From the NCBI GenBank assembly GCA_963702805.1, contig CAVPEC010000006.1, forward strand, positions 2,749 through 66,748: a stretch of DNA of 64,000 nucleotides, in the 5' to 3' direction. This document shows positions 55,338-64,000 of the stretch, in pieces. The notes under the pieces are model-generated. The model ran no database searches and had not been told where the DNA came from. It saw only the letters and a program-made list of their open reading frames with translations. A program made the translations under genes and the position numbers. Source of the stretch: an uncultured Actinomycetes bacterium (GTDB lineage: Bacteria > Actinomycetota > Thermoleophilia > Solirubrobacterales > 70-9). The number at the start of each line of letters is the position of its first letter. The stretch's first letter is position 1.

Positions 55338-56722
55338 TCAGCGATCGGCCCCGGGGGTCCAGAGGCCGCCTTCGCCGCCTTCGGCCTTCTCCTTCTCGGG
55401 CGTCCACAGCTTCTCGCGCGCGACGGCCTGCTCCTGCGGGATCGGCCTCGCCGAGCCGGCGATCAGCTCGGCGGCCTTGCGCAGCCGAAGCTCCTCCCTG
55501 AGCAGCGCGTCGCGGCCATTGGCGCGAAGGCGCTCGAGAAGCTGCTCCGGGGTCTCCCCGTCCTCCCCCGGCTGCAGCGCCTTCAGCATCTCCTCGTCCG
55601 AGACCTCGATCCCCTCGGCCTCGGCGACCGCCGCCAGGGTGGCCTCGCGGCGCAGCGCTCGCTCGGCGTCGGACTCCAGGTCGGTGACCGCTTCCTCGCG
55701 CGTCTTGCCCTGCATCTGCAGGTAGGCCTCGGCGCTGGCGCCGCGCGCGGCCAGCGAGCGCTCCAGCCGCTCCCACATCTCGTGGGCGCGCGCGTGGACG
55801 AGCTCCTGGGGCAGCTCGATCTGCGCCGCGTCGGCGGCGGCGTCGACCGCGGCCTCCTGGAACTCCGCCTCGATCCGGGCCTCGAGGGCGGCGGCGATCC
55901 TGCTGCCGAATCTCGTCGCGAAGCTGCTCGAGCGTCTCGAACTCCGAGGCCTCGGCGGCGAACTCGTCATCGAGGTCCGGCAGCTGCTTCTCTCGGACCT
56001 CCTTGACCGTCACCGCGAAGCTCGCCTGCTTGCCCGCCAGGCTTTCGGGCCGGTGGTCGTCCGGGAACCGAACCTCGACCGTCAGCTCGTCTCCGGCCGC
56101 CGCGCCGGTGAGCGCCCGGTCGAACTCCGCAAGCAGGCTCTCGGCTCCAAGCTCGACCATCAGATCGGTCGCCTCCGAGCCCTCGAACGGCTCGCCGTCC
56201 ACGGTCCCCGAGAAGTCGATCACCACCAGGTCGCCCTTGGCCGCGGGGCGATCCACCGGGTCGAGGCTGGCGAACCCCTCGCGCAGCCGATCGAGCTCGG
56301 CCTGCACGGCGTCGTCGGGGACCTCGACCTCGGCCCTGCCGACCTCGAGCCCCCTGTACTCGCCGAGCGTGGCCGTCGGCCGCACCGCGACCTCGATCGA
56401 GAAGGAGAGCTCCTCGCCGGCGTCCGGGAGCGAGGGCACGTCCAGCTTCGGGTCGCCGACGGGGGTGATCCCCGTGTCCAGGAGCGCGCGCTCGTACCAC
56501 TCGGGCAGCGAGTCGCGGAGCGCCTGCTCGAGGACGGCGTCGCGCCCAACCCGCTGGATGACGAGTTGCGGCGGCACCTTGCCCTTGCGAAAGCCGGGCA
56601 TGCGCATGTCGCGGGCCGAGCTGGTGCGCGGCGCGCTCCACACGGTGCTCGACGGCGTCGGCCTCGATCCCCACCTCGACGCGGACGCGGGAGTCGCCGA
56701 GCTCTGTGACCGAGGTCCTCAT
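55338..56722 (-). CDS. tig: Trigger factor (frame-disrupted)
   Basis: The gene starts [45 protein letters not shown] is the ribosome-binding loop. The PPIase region reads [19 protein letters not shown]. The C-terminal arm domain is in another frame. Confidence 0.9.
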
Positions 56723-56859
56723 CGACGGCGGAGCTTAGTGCTCGCGCCGCGCAGCAGGGCCTCGCCGAAGTCGACCGAAGAAGGCAACGAGGCGGCCAAC
56801 CGGCCCCGTCACGAGCCAGGCGAGGAGTCGATCCCGAGAGGCCAAGCTCCGTGCCCCGC

Positions 56860-57767
56860 TCACCCCTCGGTGCCAACGGGTGCGGCCGCGATCCGCTCGC
56901 GGAGCCGGTCTCCCTGCCCGGCCGCCACCGCCCGCGCGGCCCGGGCCTCGTCGAGCGGCACGCCTCGCGCCAGCCGCCAGGTCGAGCAGCGCCTGGCGCT
57001 CGTCGCTCTGCTCGCGCGGCGCGGAAGAAGAGCCAGGCGAACAGGCCCAGGGTCACGAGGCCCTGCTCGATCATCATCACCACGCCCGCCGCGCCCTGGT
57101 CGGCCAGCGGCGAGATCCCGTGAGCCGCCTCGCCGGCCGCGTAGTCCGGATACAGCGCGGATCCCGACCACAGCAACACGTTGGCGAGCACGGCGCCGCC
57201 GAATCGGACCACGATCACGTAGATCAGGCGGGCGCCGTTTCCGAACCAGTCCGGCTTCGGGAGCGGCCCCAGCAGCGCCATCCACATGGCGATCCCGAAG
57301 CCGACGAAGCATGCGTGCTCGAGCGCGTGCACCGCCTGGCTCGAGAGCGCCGCCTCGTAGAGGGCGGGAACGTGCCACAGGTAGAGGTCGGCGAGCCACA
57401 GCGGCAGCGCGACCGCCGGGTGGCCGAGTACGCGCAGCCAGCCGAGGCCGCGGGTGGCCAGCAGCGGCTGCAGCAGCGGCCCGGTCAGTCCGAGCACGAT
57501 CAGGAGGGCGGCGAGGTCGCCGAGCACCAGGTGCTGGGCCATGTGGACCCAGACCAGCTGGTCGTCGAGCGCCGCCAGCGGCGACACCAGGGCGACGAGG
57601 ATGAGCAGCATCGCCGCGGCGAAGCTGAGCTGGCGCCACGCCGGCACCGGCCGGCCGCGGAGCGCGAGGGTTCGGGCGCGGAGCGCGTAGAGCGCCGCCA
57701 CGATCGCGACTGGGATCAGCTGGAGTGGTTCGAACGCGCCCTGCAGGTGGGCGACCGGGAGTTGCAC
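56860..57767 (-). CDS. Cytochrome c oxidase assembly factor CtaG-like membrane protein, Caa3_CtaG family (one frameshift)
   Basis: VWVHMAQHLVLGDLAALLIVLG, WHVPALYEAALSSQAVHALEHACF and ADQGAAGVVMMIEQGLV are present. Confidence 0.7.
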
Positions 57768-57776
57768 GCAGTCAGA

Positions 57777-58755
57777 TTAGAGCCAGTCGATTCGCTTGAA
57801 GAAGCGGTACAGCACCAGGGTCGCGGTGAACATCACGAGGAGCGCGAGCGGGTAGCCGTAGGTCGAGCCCCAGCTCGGGCATGTGCTCGAAGTTCATCCC
57901 CCAGATCGAGGCGAAGAAGGTGGGCACCGCGATGATCGCCGCCCAGGCCGAGATCGCCTGCACGACCTGGTTCTGGCGAACGCTGATCAGCGACAGGTTC
58001 GCCTCGAGGATCGAGGTCAGGAGCTCGCGCTGGGAGTTGACCTGCTCGTCGATCCGCCGCGCCCGGCCGGCGACCTCGCGGAAGAAGCGCCGAAGCGCCT
58101 CGGGCATCTGCGGGAAGGCCCCCCGCTCGAGCGCCTCCAGCGGCGGCGATCAGCGGCGCCACGGCGCGGTGGAACTCGATCACCTCGCGCTTCAGGAAGT
58201 AGATCCGCTGCGTCGACTCGGTCCCGCCCTCGAACACCGCCTGCTCGACCTCCTCGATGTCGTCGTCGATCCCGCCGACCACCGGCTCGTAGTCGTCCAC
58301 GACCTGGTCGAGGATCGCCCAGACGACCGCCGCGGGCCCGGCGTCGAACAGGTCCGGGTGCTCCTCCTCCAGATGCCGGCGCGCGGGCTTCAGGTCGGCG
58401 GCCTCGCCGTGGCGGACGGTGATCACGTACCCCGGGCCCGAGGAAGGCGTGGATCTGGCCGAAGTGGACCTCCTCCTTGGCTTCCTCGTACCAGGCGGTC
58501 TTGACGACGCCGAAGAAGTGGTCTCCGTGCTCGTCGAGCTTCGGCCGCTGGTGGACCTCGGAGGCCTCCTCGATCGCAAGCTCCGGGAACGTTGAAGGCG
58601 CGGGTGACCTCGACGACCTCTCCGGGGTCGGGTCCTTCATTCCCAGCCAGACGAAGCCCATCCCGGTGGTCCATGCACTCGCGCGCGCGCTCGAGGCTCA
58701 GCGGCTCCTCGTTTTGGCGCTGGCGGTCCTTGTAGTAGGCGCAGTCGACGATCAT
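57777..58755 (-). CDS. corA: CorA-family magnesium/cobalt transporter (frame-disrupted)
   Basis: The gene starts MIVDCAYYKD. ITVRHGE and YFLKREVIEFHRAVAPL are present. The GMN motif is FFASIWGMNFEHMPE. The C-terminal transmembrane segment and TAA stop at 57779-57777 are in a shifted frame. Confidence 0.85.
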
Positions 58756-58875
58756 GGCGGCTGATGCTCGGAGGACGCGGATGAGCGGATTGCCTCCGGT
58801 TCCCGATTCAGCGCCAGCGCCGCCGTTCCTGCCACCGGCCGTGCCCCGCCGTGCGCTGCCGCCGATAATGACGGC

Positions 58876-59895
58876 GTGCAGGATCGAGCGGTCAGACGGC
58901 GCCGGCTGTGGCTGCGGGGCAGTGGGGCGCCGCGTTGCTCGTGCTGGGGCTTGGGGCCGCGCGGTCGCCGGCCGCGACGCCGAAGATCGGCGGTTGCCCG
59001 GTCTTCCCCGCCTTCAAGGGATCCGCCACGGCTCGCTCGGGGGCGAACCAGAGCGCCTGGAACCAGAACGTCTCCAAGGCGCCCGTCGACCCGCGGTCGG
59101 GCCACTACATCGCCCGGATCACCAGCCTGGGCGGCAACCAGGTGGTCCACCCCGACTTCGGCGGCAACGGCGCCTACGGGATCCCCTACACCACGGTCGG
59201 CCCCCGCCAGCGAGGAGTCCGGGTCAAGGTCACGGGCTACCCGGACCAGAGCGACTTCGGGCGTGCGCCGATTCCCGCCGACGCGCCGGTCGAGAACGGC
59301 TCCGACCGCCACGTGCTGGTGCTCCAGCGCCACCGGTGCGACCTGTTCGAGATGTACGCCGCCCACTACGTCGGCGGCCACGGTCACCGCTGGAACGCCG
59401 GCTCGACGGCCCGCTTCGACCTGCACTCGACGAGGCTCCGCCACGACGGCTGGACGTCCGCCGACGCCGCGGGGCTGCTCGATCCTCGCCGGCCTGGTGC
59501 GCTACGGCGAGGTTCGCCGCGGCCACGTCCGCCACGCGATCCGGGTCACCTTCGAGGAGACCCGTCGCGCCTACATCCACCCCGCCACCCACTACGCCTC
59601 GGACCTCTGCGACCCGGATCTGCCGCCGATGGGGCTCCGCCTACGGCTCAGCCACTCCTACTTCCACCACAACCTGCACCGGTTCCCGGCCGGGAGCCAG
59701 TCCCGCGTCATCTTCAAGGCGCTCTACCACTACGGGATCATCAACGCCGACAACGGCGGCACCGGCGCCAACTGGTTCATCACCGGCGCCAGCTCGAAGC
59801 GCTGGCACGACGGCGACCTCAACCGTCTGAAGACGGTGCCCGGCACCGCGTTCGTGGTCGTCGATTCGCGAGCGCCGGTCAGGACGCCCTGCTAG
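58876..59895 (+). CDS. Secreted conserved hypothetical protein (frame-disrupted; N-terminus uncertain)
   Basis: The Arg-rich/hydrophobic signal reads RRRRLW...ALLVLGLGAARSPAA. Coherent blocks include QSAWNQNVSKAPVDPRSGHYI, VHPDFGGNGAYGIPYT, DRHVLVLQRHRCDLFEMY, GWTSADAAGL-PILAGLVRYGEV, HAIRVTFEETRRAYIHPATHYAS and GIINADNGGTGANWFITG. Confidence 0.55.
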   Translation: MQDRAVRRRRLWLRGSGAPRCSCWGLGPRGRRPRRRRSAVARSSPPSRDPPRLARGRTRAPGTRTSPRRPSTRGRATTSPGSPAWAATRWSTPTSAATAPTGSPTPRSAPASEESGSRSRATRTRATSGVRRFPPTRRSRTAPTATCWCSSATGATCSRCTPPTTSAATVTAGTPARRPASTCTRRGSATTAGRPPTPRGCSILAGLVRYGEVRRGHVRHAIRVTFEETRRAYIHPATHYASDLCDPDLPPMGLRLRLSHSYFHHNLHRFPAGSQSRVIFKALYHYGIINADNGGTGANWFITGASSKRWHDGDLNRLKTVPGTAFVVVDSRAPVRTPC

Positions 59896-59917
59896 CCGAA
59901 GCCAGGCGGGCCGATGC

Positions 59918-60476
59918 CTAGTTGAAGCTGACCTGGACCGGCTCGCGGTCGGCGGCGTCCGTGACCTCGAAGAACTCCTTGGCCTCGAAGTTCGCGCATC
60001 CCGGCGATCACCGAGTTCGGGAACACCTGGATCTTCGTGTTGTAGGTCTGGACGTTCGAGTTGTAGATCCGGCGCGACGCCTGGATCTCGTCCTCGAGCT
60101 CGGACAGGTTGCGCGACAGCTGCTGGAAGTTCTCGGTGGCCCGCAGCTCCGGGTAGTTCTCGGCGACCGCGCGCAGGTCGCCGAGCACGGCGCTCAGCCG
60201 GCCCTCGGCGGCGCCCGCCTGGGCCGGGCCCTGCGCCTTCATCGCGTCGGCCCGCGCCTCGGTCACCTTCTCAAAGGTCTCGCGCTCGTGGGTTGCGTAG
60301 CCCTTCACCGTCTCGACCAGGTTCGGCACCAGGTCGTGGCGGCGCTTCAGCTGCACGTCGATCCCGGACCAGGCCTCGTCGACGCGGTTGCGCGCCCCGA
60401 TCATCGAGTTGTTGACCCCGATGAAGATCAGGACCGCGAGGACGACCAGGACGGCGATGATGATGATTACGACCAT
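59918..60476 (-). CDS. lemA: LemA-family membrane protein (one frameshift near the C-terminus)
   Basis: The N-terminal transmembrane segment reads MVVIIIIAVLVVLAVLIFIG. WSGIDVQLKRRHDLVPNLVETVKGYATHE, ENYPELRATENFQQL and RRIYNSNVQTYNTKIQVFP are present. Confidence 0.85.
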
Positions 60477-60485
60477 GGGCGCAGC

Positions 60486-61041
60486 TTACACAGCGCCTTC
60501 GAGGTGGAGCAGGAAACGCTTCATCTCCGGGCCGCCGCCGTAGTTGCCGATCTCGCCGTCCGAGCGGACCACCCGGTGGCAGGGCACCACGATCGGGATC
60601 GGGTTCGAGCCCACGGCGGTGCCGGCCGCGCGGAAGGCGCGCGGGTTGCCGGCCCGCTCGGCCGCGTCGCGGTAGGTGATCACCTCGCCGAACGGCACCC
60701 GCGCGGTGGCGCGCAGCACTCGCCGATAGAAGCCGGGGTGGCTGAGCCGCCAATCGAGCGGCAGCTCGAAGTGGTCGCGCCGCCCCTCGAAGTACTCGTC
60801 GAGCTCGCGCCGCGCCTCGTCGAGCCGGGCGGGATACTCGAGGACCCGCGGCGACACGCTCTGCCGCGAGGCGGGTGAGCATCTCGTCGAGGCTCTCGTT
60901 CGGAAGCGCGACCCGCACCAGTCCGCGCGGCGTCGCCGCCACCGCGGCCTTGCCGAGCGGCGTGTCCAGCGTCGCGTAGGCGACGTCCAGCAGGCCGTCC
61001 TCGTTGGCCCTCGCCATCAGTCGGTCGACGAACTCGCTCAT
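60486..61041 (-). CDS. ogt: Methylated-DNA-protein-cysteine methyltransferase (one frameshift)
   Basis: The active site is IPIVVPCHRVV. VPFGEVITYRDAAERAGNPRAFRAAGTAVGSNP is present. The N-terminal domain YATLDTPLGKAAVAATPRGLVRVAL is in a second frame. The ATG overlaps the sigma-factor stop (ATGA). Confidence 0.85.
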
Positions 61042-61566
61042 CTCGCCATCTCCTTCAGCTCCGCCGCGCTCGCGCGCAGCTTCTTGAGTGCCTCGTGCAC
61101 GCTCTGGCGCGCCGCCTCCTCCGACGTCCCCAGCGCCTCGCCGACCTCCCGATAGCGCAGGTCGACGGCGAACCGCAGCACCACCGCGGCCCGCTGGCCC
61201 GCCGGAAGCTCCGCGACCGCGGCCCAGATCTCGCTGTGCCGGGGGCTCATCCCCAGCGCTCCGTCCAGCGAGCCTGGTCCCTGCCGGCCGGTCCGGCTGT
61301 CGACCAGCTCCTCGGGCTCGGCGACGGGCCTCGCCCGGCGGGCGCGGGAGCGGTGGTGGTCGATCGCCTTGCGACGCGCGATCGTGAAGATCCAGGCGCG
61401 CAGGTTGCCGCGTCTCGGCGCGCGGATACGCTCGAAGCGCCGCCAGGAAGGTCTCCTGCAGGCAGTCCTCGGCGTCGTTCGGGCCCACCATCCCGCGCAG
61501 GAACGCGCCGACGGGCTCCAGGTGCTCGTCGAGGAAGGCCTGGAACGGCGGCAATGCCTGTGCCAT
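61038..61566 (-). CDS. ECF-type RNA polymerase sigma factor (frame-disrupted)
   Basis: Region 2 reads NDAEDCLQETFLAALRAY plus RAWIFTIARRKAIDHHR in shifted frames. Region 4 reads LPAGQRAAVVLRFAVDLRYREVGEALGTSEEAARQSVHEALKKLR. Confidence 0.8.
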
Positions 61567-61624
61567 CGCGATCATCCAACTACAGAAACGTGCGCGGGTG
61601 ACGGAAACGTGAGGCGGGGAAGCC

Positions 61625-61654
61625 TTGACGCGCCGCACGGGAGCAGCGTAGGGT
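61625..61654 (+). promoter_or_regulatory. Candidate promoter TTGACG-18-TAGGGT
   Basis: The -35 hexamer is at 61625-61630, followed by an 18-nt spacer. The -10 hexamer is at 61649-61654, the same hexamer as at 53621. It lies 35 nt upstream of the 61690 ATG, which has a GGGAGAGGA RBS. Confidence 0.35.
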
Positions 61655-61689
61655 CGGGATCTCTGTAGCCAAGTAGAGAGGGAGAGGAA

Positions 61690-62133
61690 ATGCGAAAGCT
61701 CGTGCTGGCCGCCCTCGTCGTCGCGGTGGCGGTGGGAGCGTCGGTCGGAGTCGTGCTCGGAAACGGATCGACCGCTGCGATCAAGGCGTCGGCGGCGAAC
61801 ACGCTGAAGGTTCAGATGCACCGGGTCGACGCTCCGAGCAGCAAGCTGGCCGGCCTCGCCACCACGCGGCGTGCTCACCGTGCCAAGGTCATCTACCTCG
61901 AGAGCAGCCCGTTCACACTGTCGGGGGGCGAGACCAACGGGGGAACCGCGAAGTGTCCCCGCAGGTCCAAGGCCATCAACGGCTACTTCGGCGAGGACAG
62001 CGACACCGTGTTTCCGATCCTCAACTCCGTCGGGGTCTCGCTCCGGAAGTGGACCATCGCAGTGCGCAACGGATTCAACCCGATGACGCCTGACGCGACC
62101 GCATTCATCGGGACCGTCTGCTTGAAGCCGTAG
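61690..62133 (+). CDS. Small secreted hypothetical protein
   Basis: This is an intact 147-aa ORF with a good RBS. The signal/TM segment reads MRKLVLAALVVAVAVGASVGVVLG. It has two Cys residues and no recognisable motif. Confidence 0.5.
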   Translation: MRKLVLAALVVAVAVGASVGVVLGNGSTAAIKASAANTLKVQMHRVDAPSSKLAGLATTRRAHRAKVIYLESSPFTLSGGETNGGTAKCPRRSKAINGYFGEDSDTVFPILNSVGVSLRKWTIAVRNGFNPMTPDATAFIGTVCLKP

Positions 62134-62145
62134 CCGACCGGCGGC

Positions 62146-62463
62146 CTAGACCTCGTCCGCCTGGCGCACGAGCGCCTCGATCCCCTGCACCCGAACGCGG
62201 TCTCCCTCGGGAAGGCTGACGTAGACCCCGCCCTCGCGCTCCAGCTGCTCGCGCGGGTTCATGAAGACGATCCCGGAGAACCGGCCGCTGTCATCGAAGC
62301 GCAGGTAGTGCGACTCGGGCGTCTGCTCCCGGGCGCCCGCCCGCGGACGGCCGATCGCCGCGTAGACCACGTCGCTCGGCGGATCGTAGGTGACGTGCGA
62401 GAAGGTGTAGCGCCCTGCCCGGAGACTCACTGAGCTCAGGCTAGCGAGCCGGGAGAGACGCAC
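62146..62463 (-). CDS. DUF2283-like small protein (start uncertain)
   Basis: VTYDPPSDVVYAAIG...LRFDDSGRFSGIVFM resembles the YD-x-x-x-D-x-LYI ... D-x-x-G-x-x-x-GIE pattern of DUF2283. No partner gene is adjacent. Confidence 0.4.
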   Translation of the reverse strand: MRLSRLASLSSVSLRAGRYTFSHVTYDPPSDVVYAAIGRPRAGAREQTPESHYLRFDDSGRFSGIVFMNPREQLEREGGVYVSLPEGDRVRVQGIEALVRQADEV

Positions 62464-62623
62464 GGTTCCTACTTGCTTTCCGGTATGAGAGCCACTACTG
62501 TCGCGCCAATCGGGAGCGAGAGACCTGACCGCGATTCGAGCTGAAGCGTCGAGCGGGGATCTCGACCCGAGTCGTTCGGAGACTGACTGCTAGGCCACGG
62601 CGGACAGGACGGAGGACCTCAAG

Positions 62624-63368
62624 ATGACAGCGACAGCACAGGGCGAGCTCCAGGACATGCGCACGATCCATGCCCTCGCGATGGCCGTCGACGACAAGGA
62701 CCGCTACACGCGCAACCACTCCGAGCGCGTGGCGCTGTACGCGACGGCGGTGGCCGTGCACATTGGGCTTCCCGTCGAGCACATCGAGCGGATCGCGATC
62801 GCGGGCACCTTGCACGACGTCGGCAAGCTCGCCGTTCCCGACTCAGTGCTCGCCAAGCCGGGGCCGTTGACGCAGCGACGAGTTCGCGGTGGTCCAGCGC
62901 CACAGCGCGGCCGGCGAGCGAACGGTCCTCGCCCTCGGCCTCGACGACGTCGCCACCTGGATCCGCCATCACCACGAGCGCTGGGACGGAAAGGGTTACC
63001 CGGATGGATTGGCAGGTGAGCGCATCCCGCTGCCGAGCCGCATCATCGGCGCCGCGGATGCCCTCGACGCGATGACGACGGCTCGCGCCTATCGCGACGC
63101 GTTGAGCCTCGAGCAGGCGACGGGCGAGCTGGTCGAGCAGGCGGGGAAGCAGTTCGATCCCCAGGTCGCCAACTGCCTCATCGAGCTGCTCGGCGATGGA
63201 ACCCTGAGCCTGTCCGAGGAGCATCGGGTCGTGACCTCCTACACGATCACGCCGGTCAACGGCAACTTCGCCTCCGAGGACTACCAGCGGATTCGAAGAG
63301 CGCTGTTCCCGGGCGGCGATCGCAGGCAGCGACGGCCGTCCGCGAATCTCCGTCGCCTCCTCGATCTG
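62624..63368 (+). CDS. HD-GYP-type phosphohydrolase domain protein (one frameshift; 3' end unresolved)
   Basis: HSERVALYATAVAVHIG, AGTLHDVGKLAVP, HHERWDGKGYPDGL and GAADALDAMTTARAYR are present. The GGAGG RBS lies 9 nt upstream of the ATG. Confidence 0.75.
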
Positions 63369-64000
63369 ATGGATCGCGCCGCGCAGGGAGGCGCCCCGAC
63401 GGAGCCCGAGTCCACGATCTACTGCGTCGTGCCTCCGGAGCTGTCGGAGCTCTTGGAGCCGCTGACACGCCACTTCTCCGGCGACTCGAAGGTCGAGGTC
63501 GTGATGGAGCAGAGGCGGCGTCGTGACCGGCGAAGGGGCAAGGACCGGCGCCAGGGAGGCGGCCCTGCCGCGGAGGCAGTGGAGCGCCGGCTGGGGCGTG
63601 AGCTGGAGGGCAGGCGCTTCGGGGAGCGCCGGGCCGTGCTGGTGCCGGTAGAGCGAGCAGCCGGCGTTGCCGCCGGACCTCTACGGCTACGCCGACCAGC
63701 TCGGGTTCGTGAGGCGGGTCGACGGCTCGAGGCTGGACCTGGAGGTAGCGCGCCTGAAGGAGATGGCCGCGCACTGGCGCGACCGCTGCCGCGACGCGGA
63801 GCGCGAGGCGACCGGGCTGCTGCGGACGCTGGTCGGCGTCGCCGATGACCTCGGCAGGTTGCGGACGTGGTCGCCGCGCCGGTTCATGGCCGTGCACCGC
63901 GTCCAGCGAACCATCGAGCGCTACCACCAGGGACACCCGGAGGCGCCCCCAGCGACCGCTCAGTCCGGCCCCTCGGCGACATCGTCGATCGCGAACCACG
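63369..64000 (+). CDS. Hypothetical protein with an Arg-rich RRxxDRR/ERR segment (frame-disrupted; runs off the right edge; may be fused to the previous CDS)
   Basis: [46 protein letters not shown]...GERRAVLVPVE is present. In a shifted frame the sequence continues LPPDLYGYADQLGFVRRVDGSRLDLEVARLKEMAAHWRDRCRDAEREATGLL... and stays open to position 64000. Confidence 0.35.

Noticed and set aside
62464-62623. The 160-nt leader of the HD-GYP gene as a c-di-GMP riboswitch
   Set aside because: No GEMM-type conserved tetraloop/receptor core is recognisable. Only a 6-bp hairpin (GTCGAG...CTCGAC) and a normal RBS are present.

Overview
This is a very GC-rich 64-kb stretch of core chromosome. Nearly all housekeeping genes lie on the minus strand. 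Their order matches, from memory, the conserved actinobacterial block seen in Streptomyces and Mycobacterium. Reading on the plus strand, that order is: era-ybeY-phoH, murI, prmA-dnaJ-hrcA, lepA, murJ, rpsT, holA-comEC-comEA, leuS, rsfS-nadD-proA-proB, obg, rpmA-rplU-rne, rodA-mrdA-mreDCB, maf, ndk, folC-valS, clpX, clpP-tig, corA. One tRNA-Ala(GGC) is present. I found no rRNA, CRISPR array, transposase, integrase or phage genes.

Accessory genes interrupt the core at several points:
- 19.6-27.9 kb: MBL hydrolase, ACAD-fold flavoprotein, MDR oxidoreductase, MarR-GNAT fusion, CocE/NonD hydrolase, SnoaL and an alpha/beta hydrolase.
- A PLP decarboxylase sits between obg and proB.
- An ELWxxDGT-repeat protein sits between rpmA and obg.
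- Two paralogous small secreted proteins sit between clpP and clpX.
- The right end carries an ECF sigma-ogt-lemA unit and an HD-GYP protein.

The dominant technical feature is that many essential single-copy genes are split over two or three reading frames by single-base indels. I read these as sequence errors, so most CDS ends are approximate.

I did not find a convincing novel multi-gene system. The observations most worth following up are:
- an inverted pair of ~38-nt palindromic elements that bracket obg exactly;
- a 3' relic of a second ELWxxDGT gene fused onto the start of the intact copy;
- the clpP/clpX split with its own promoters;
- the ECF sigma translationally coupled to ogt;
- several unexplained non-coding repeats and spacers.
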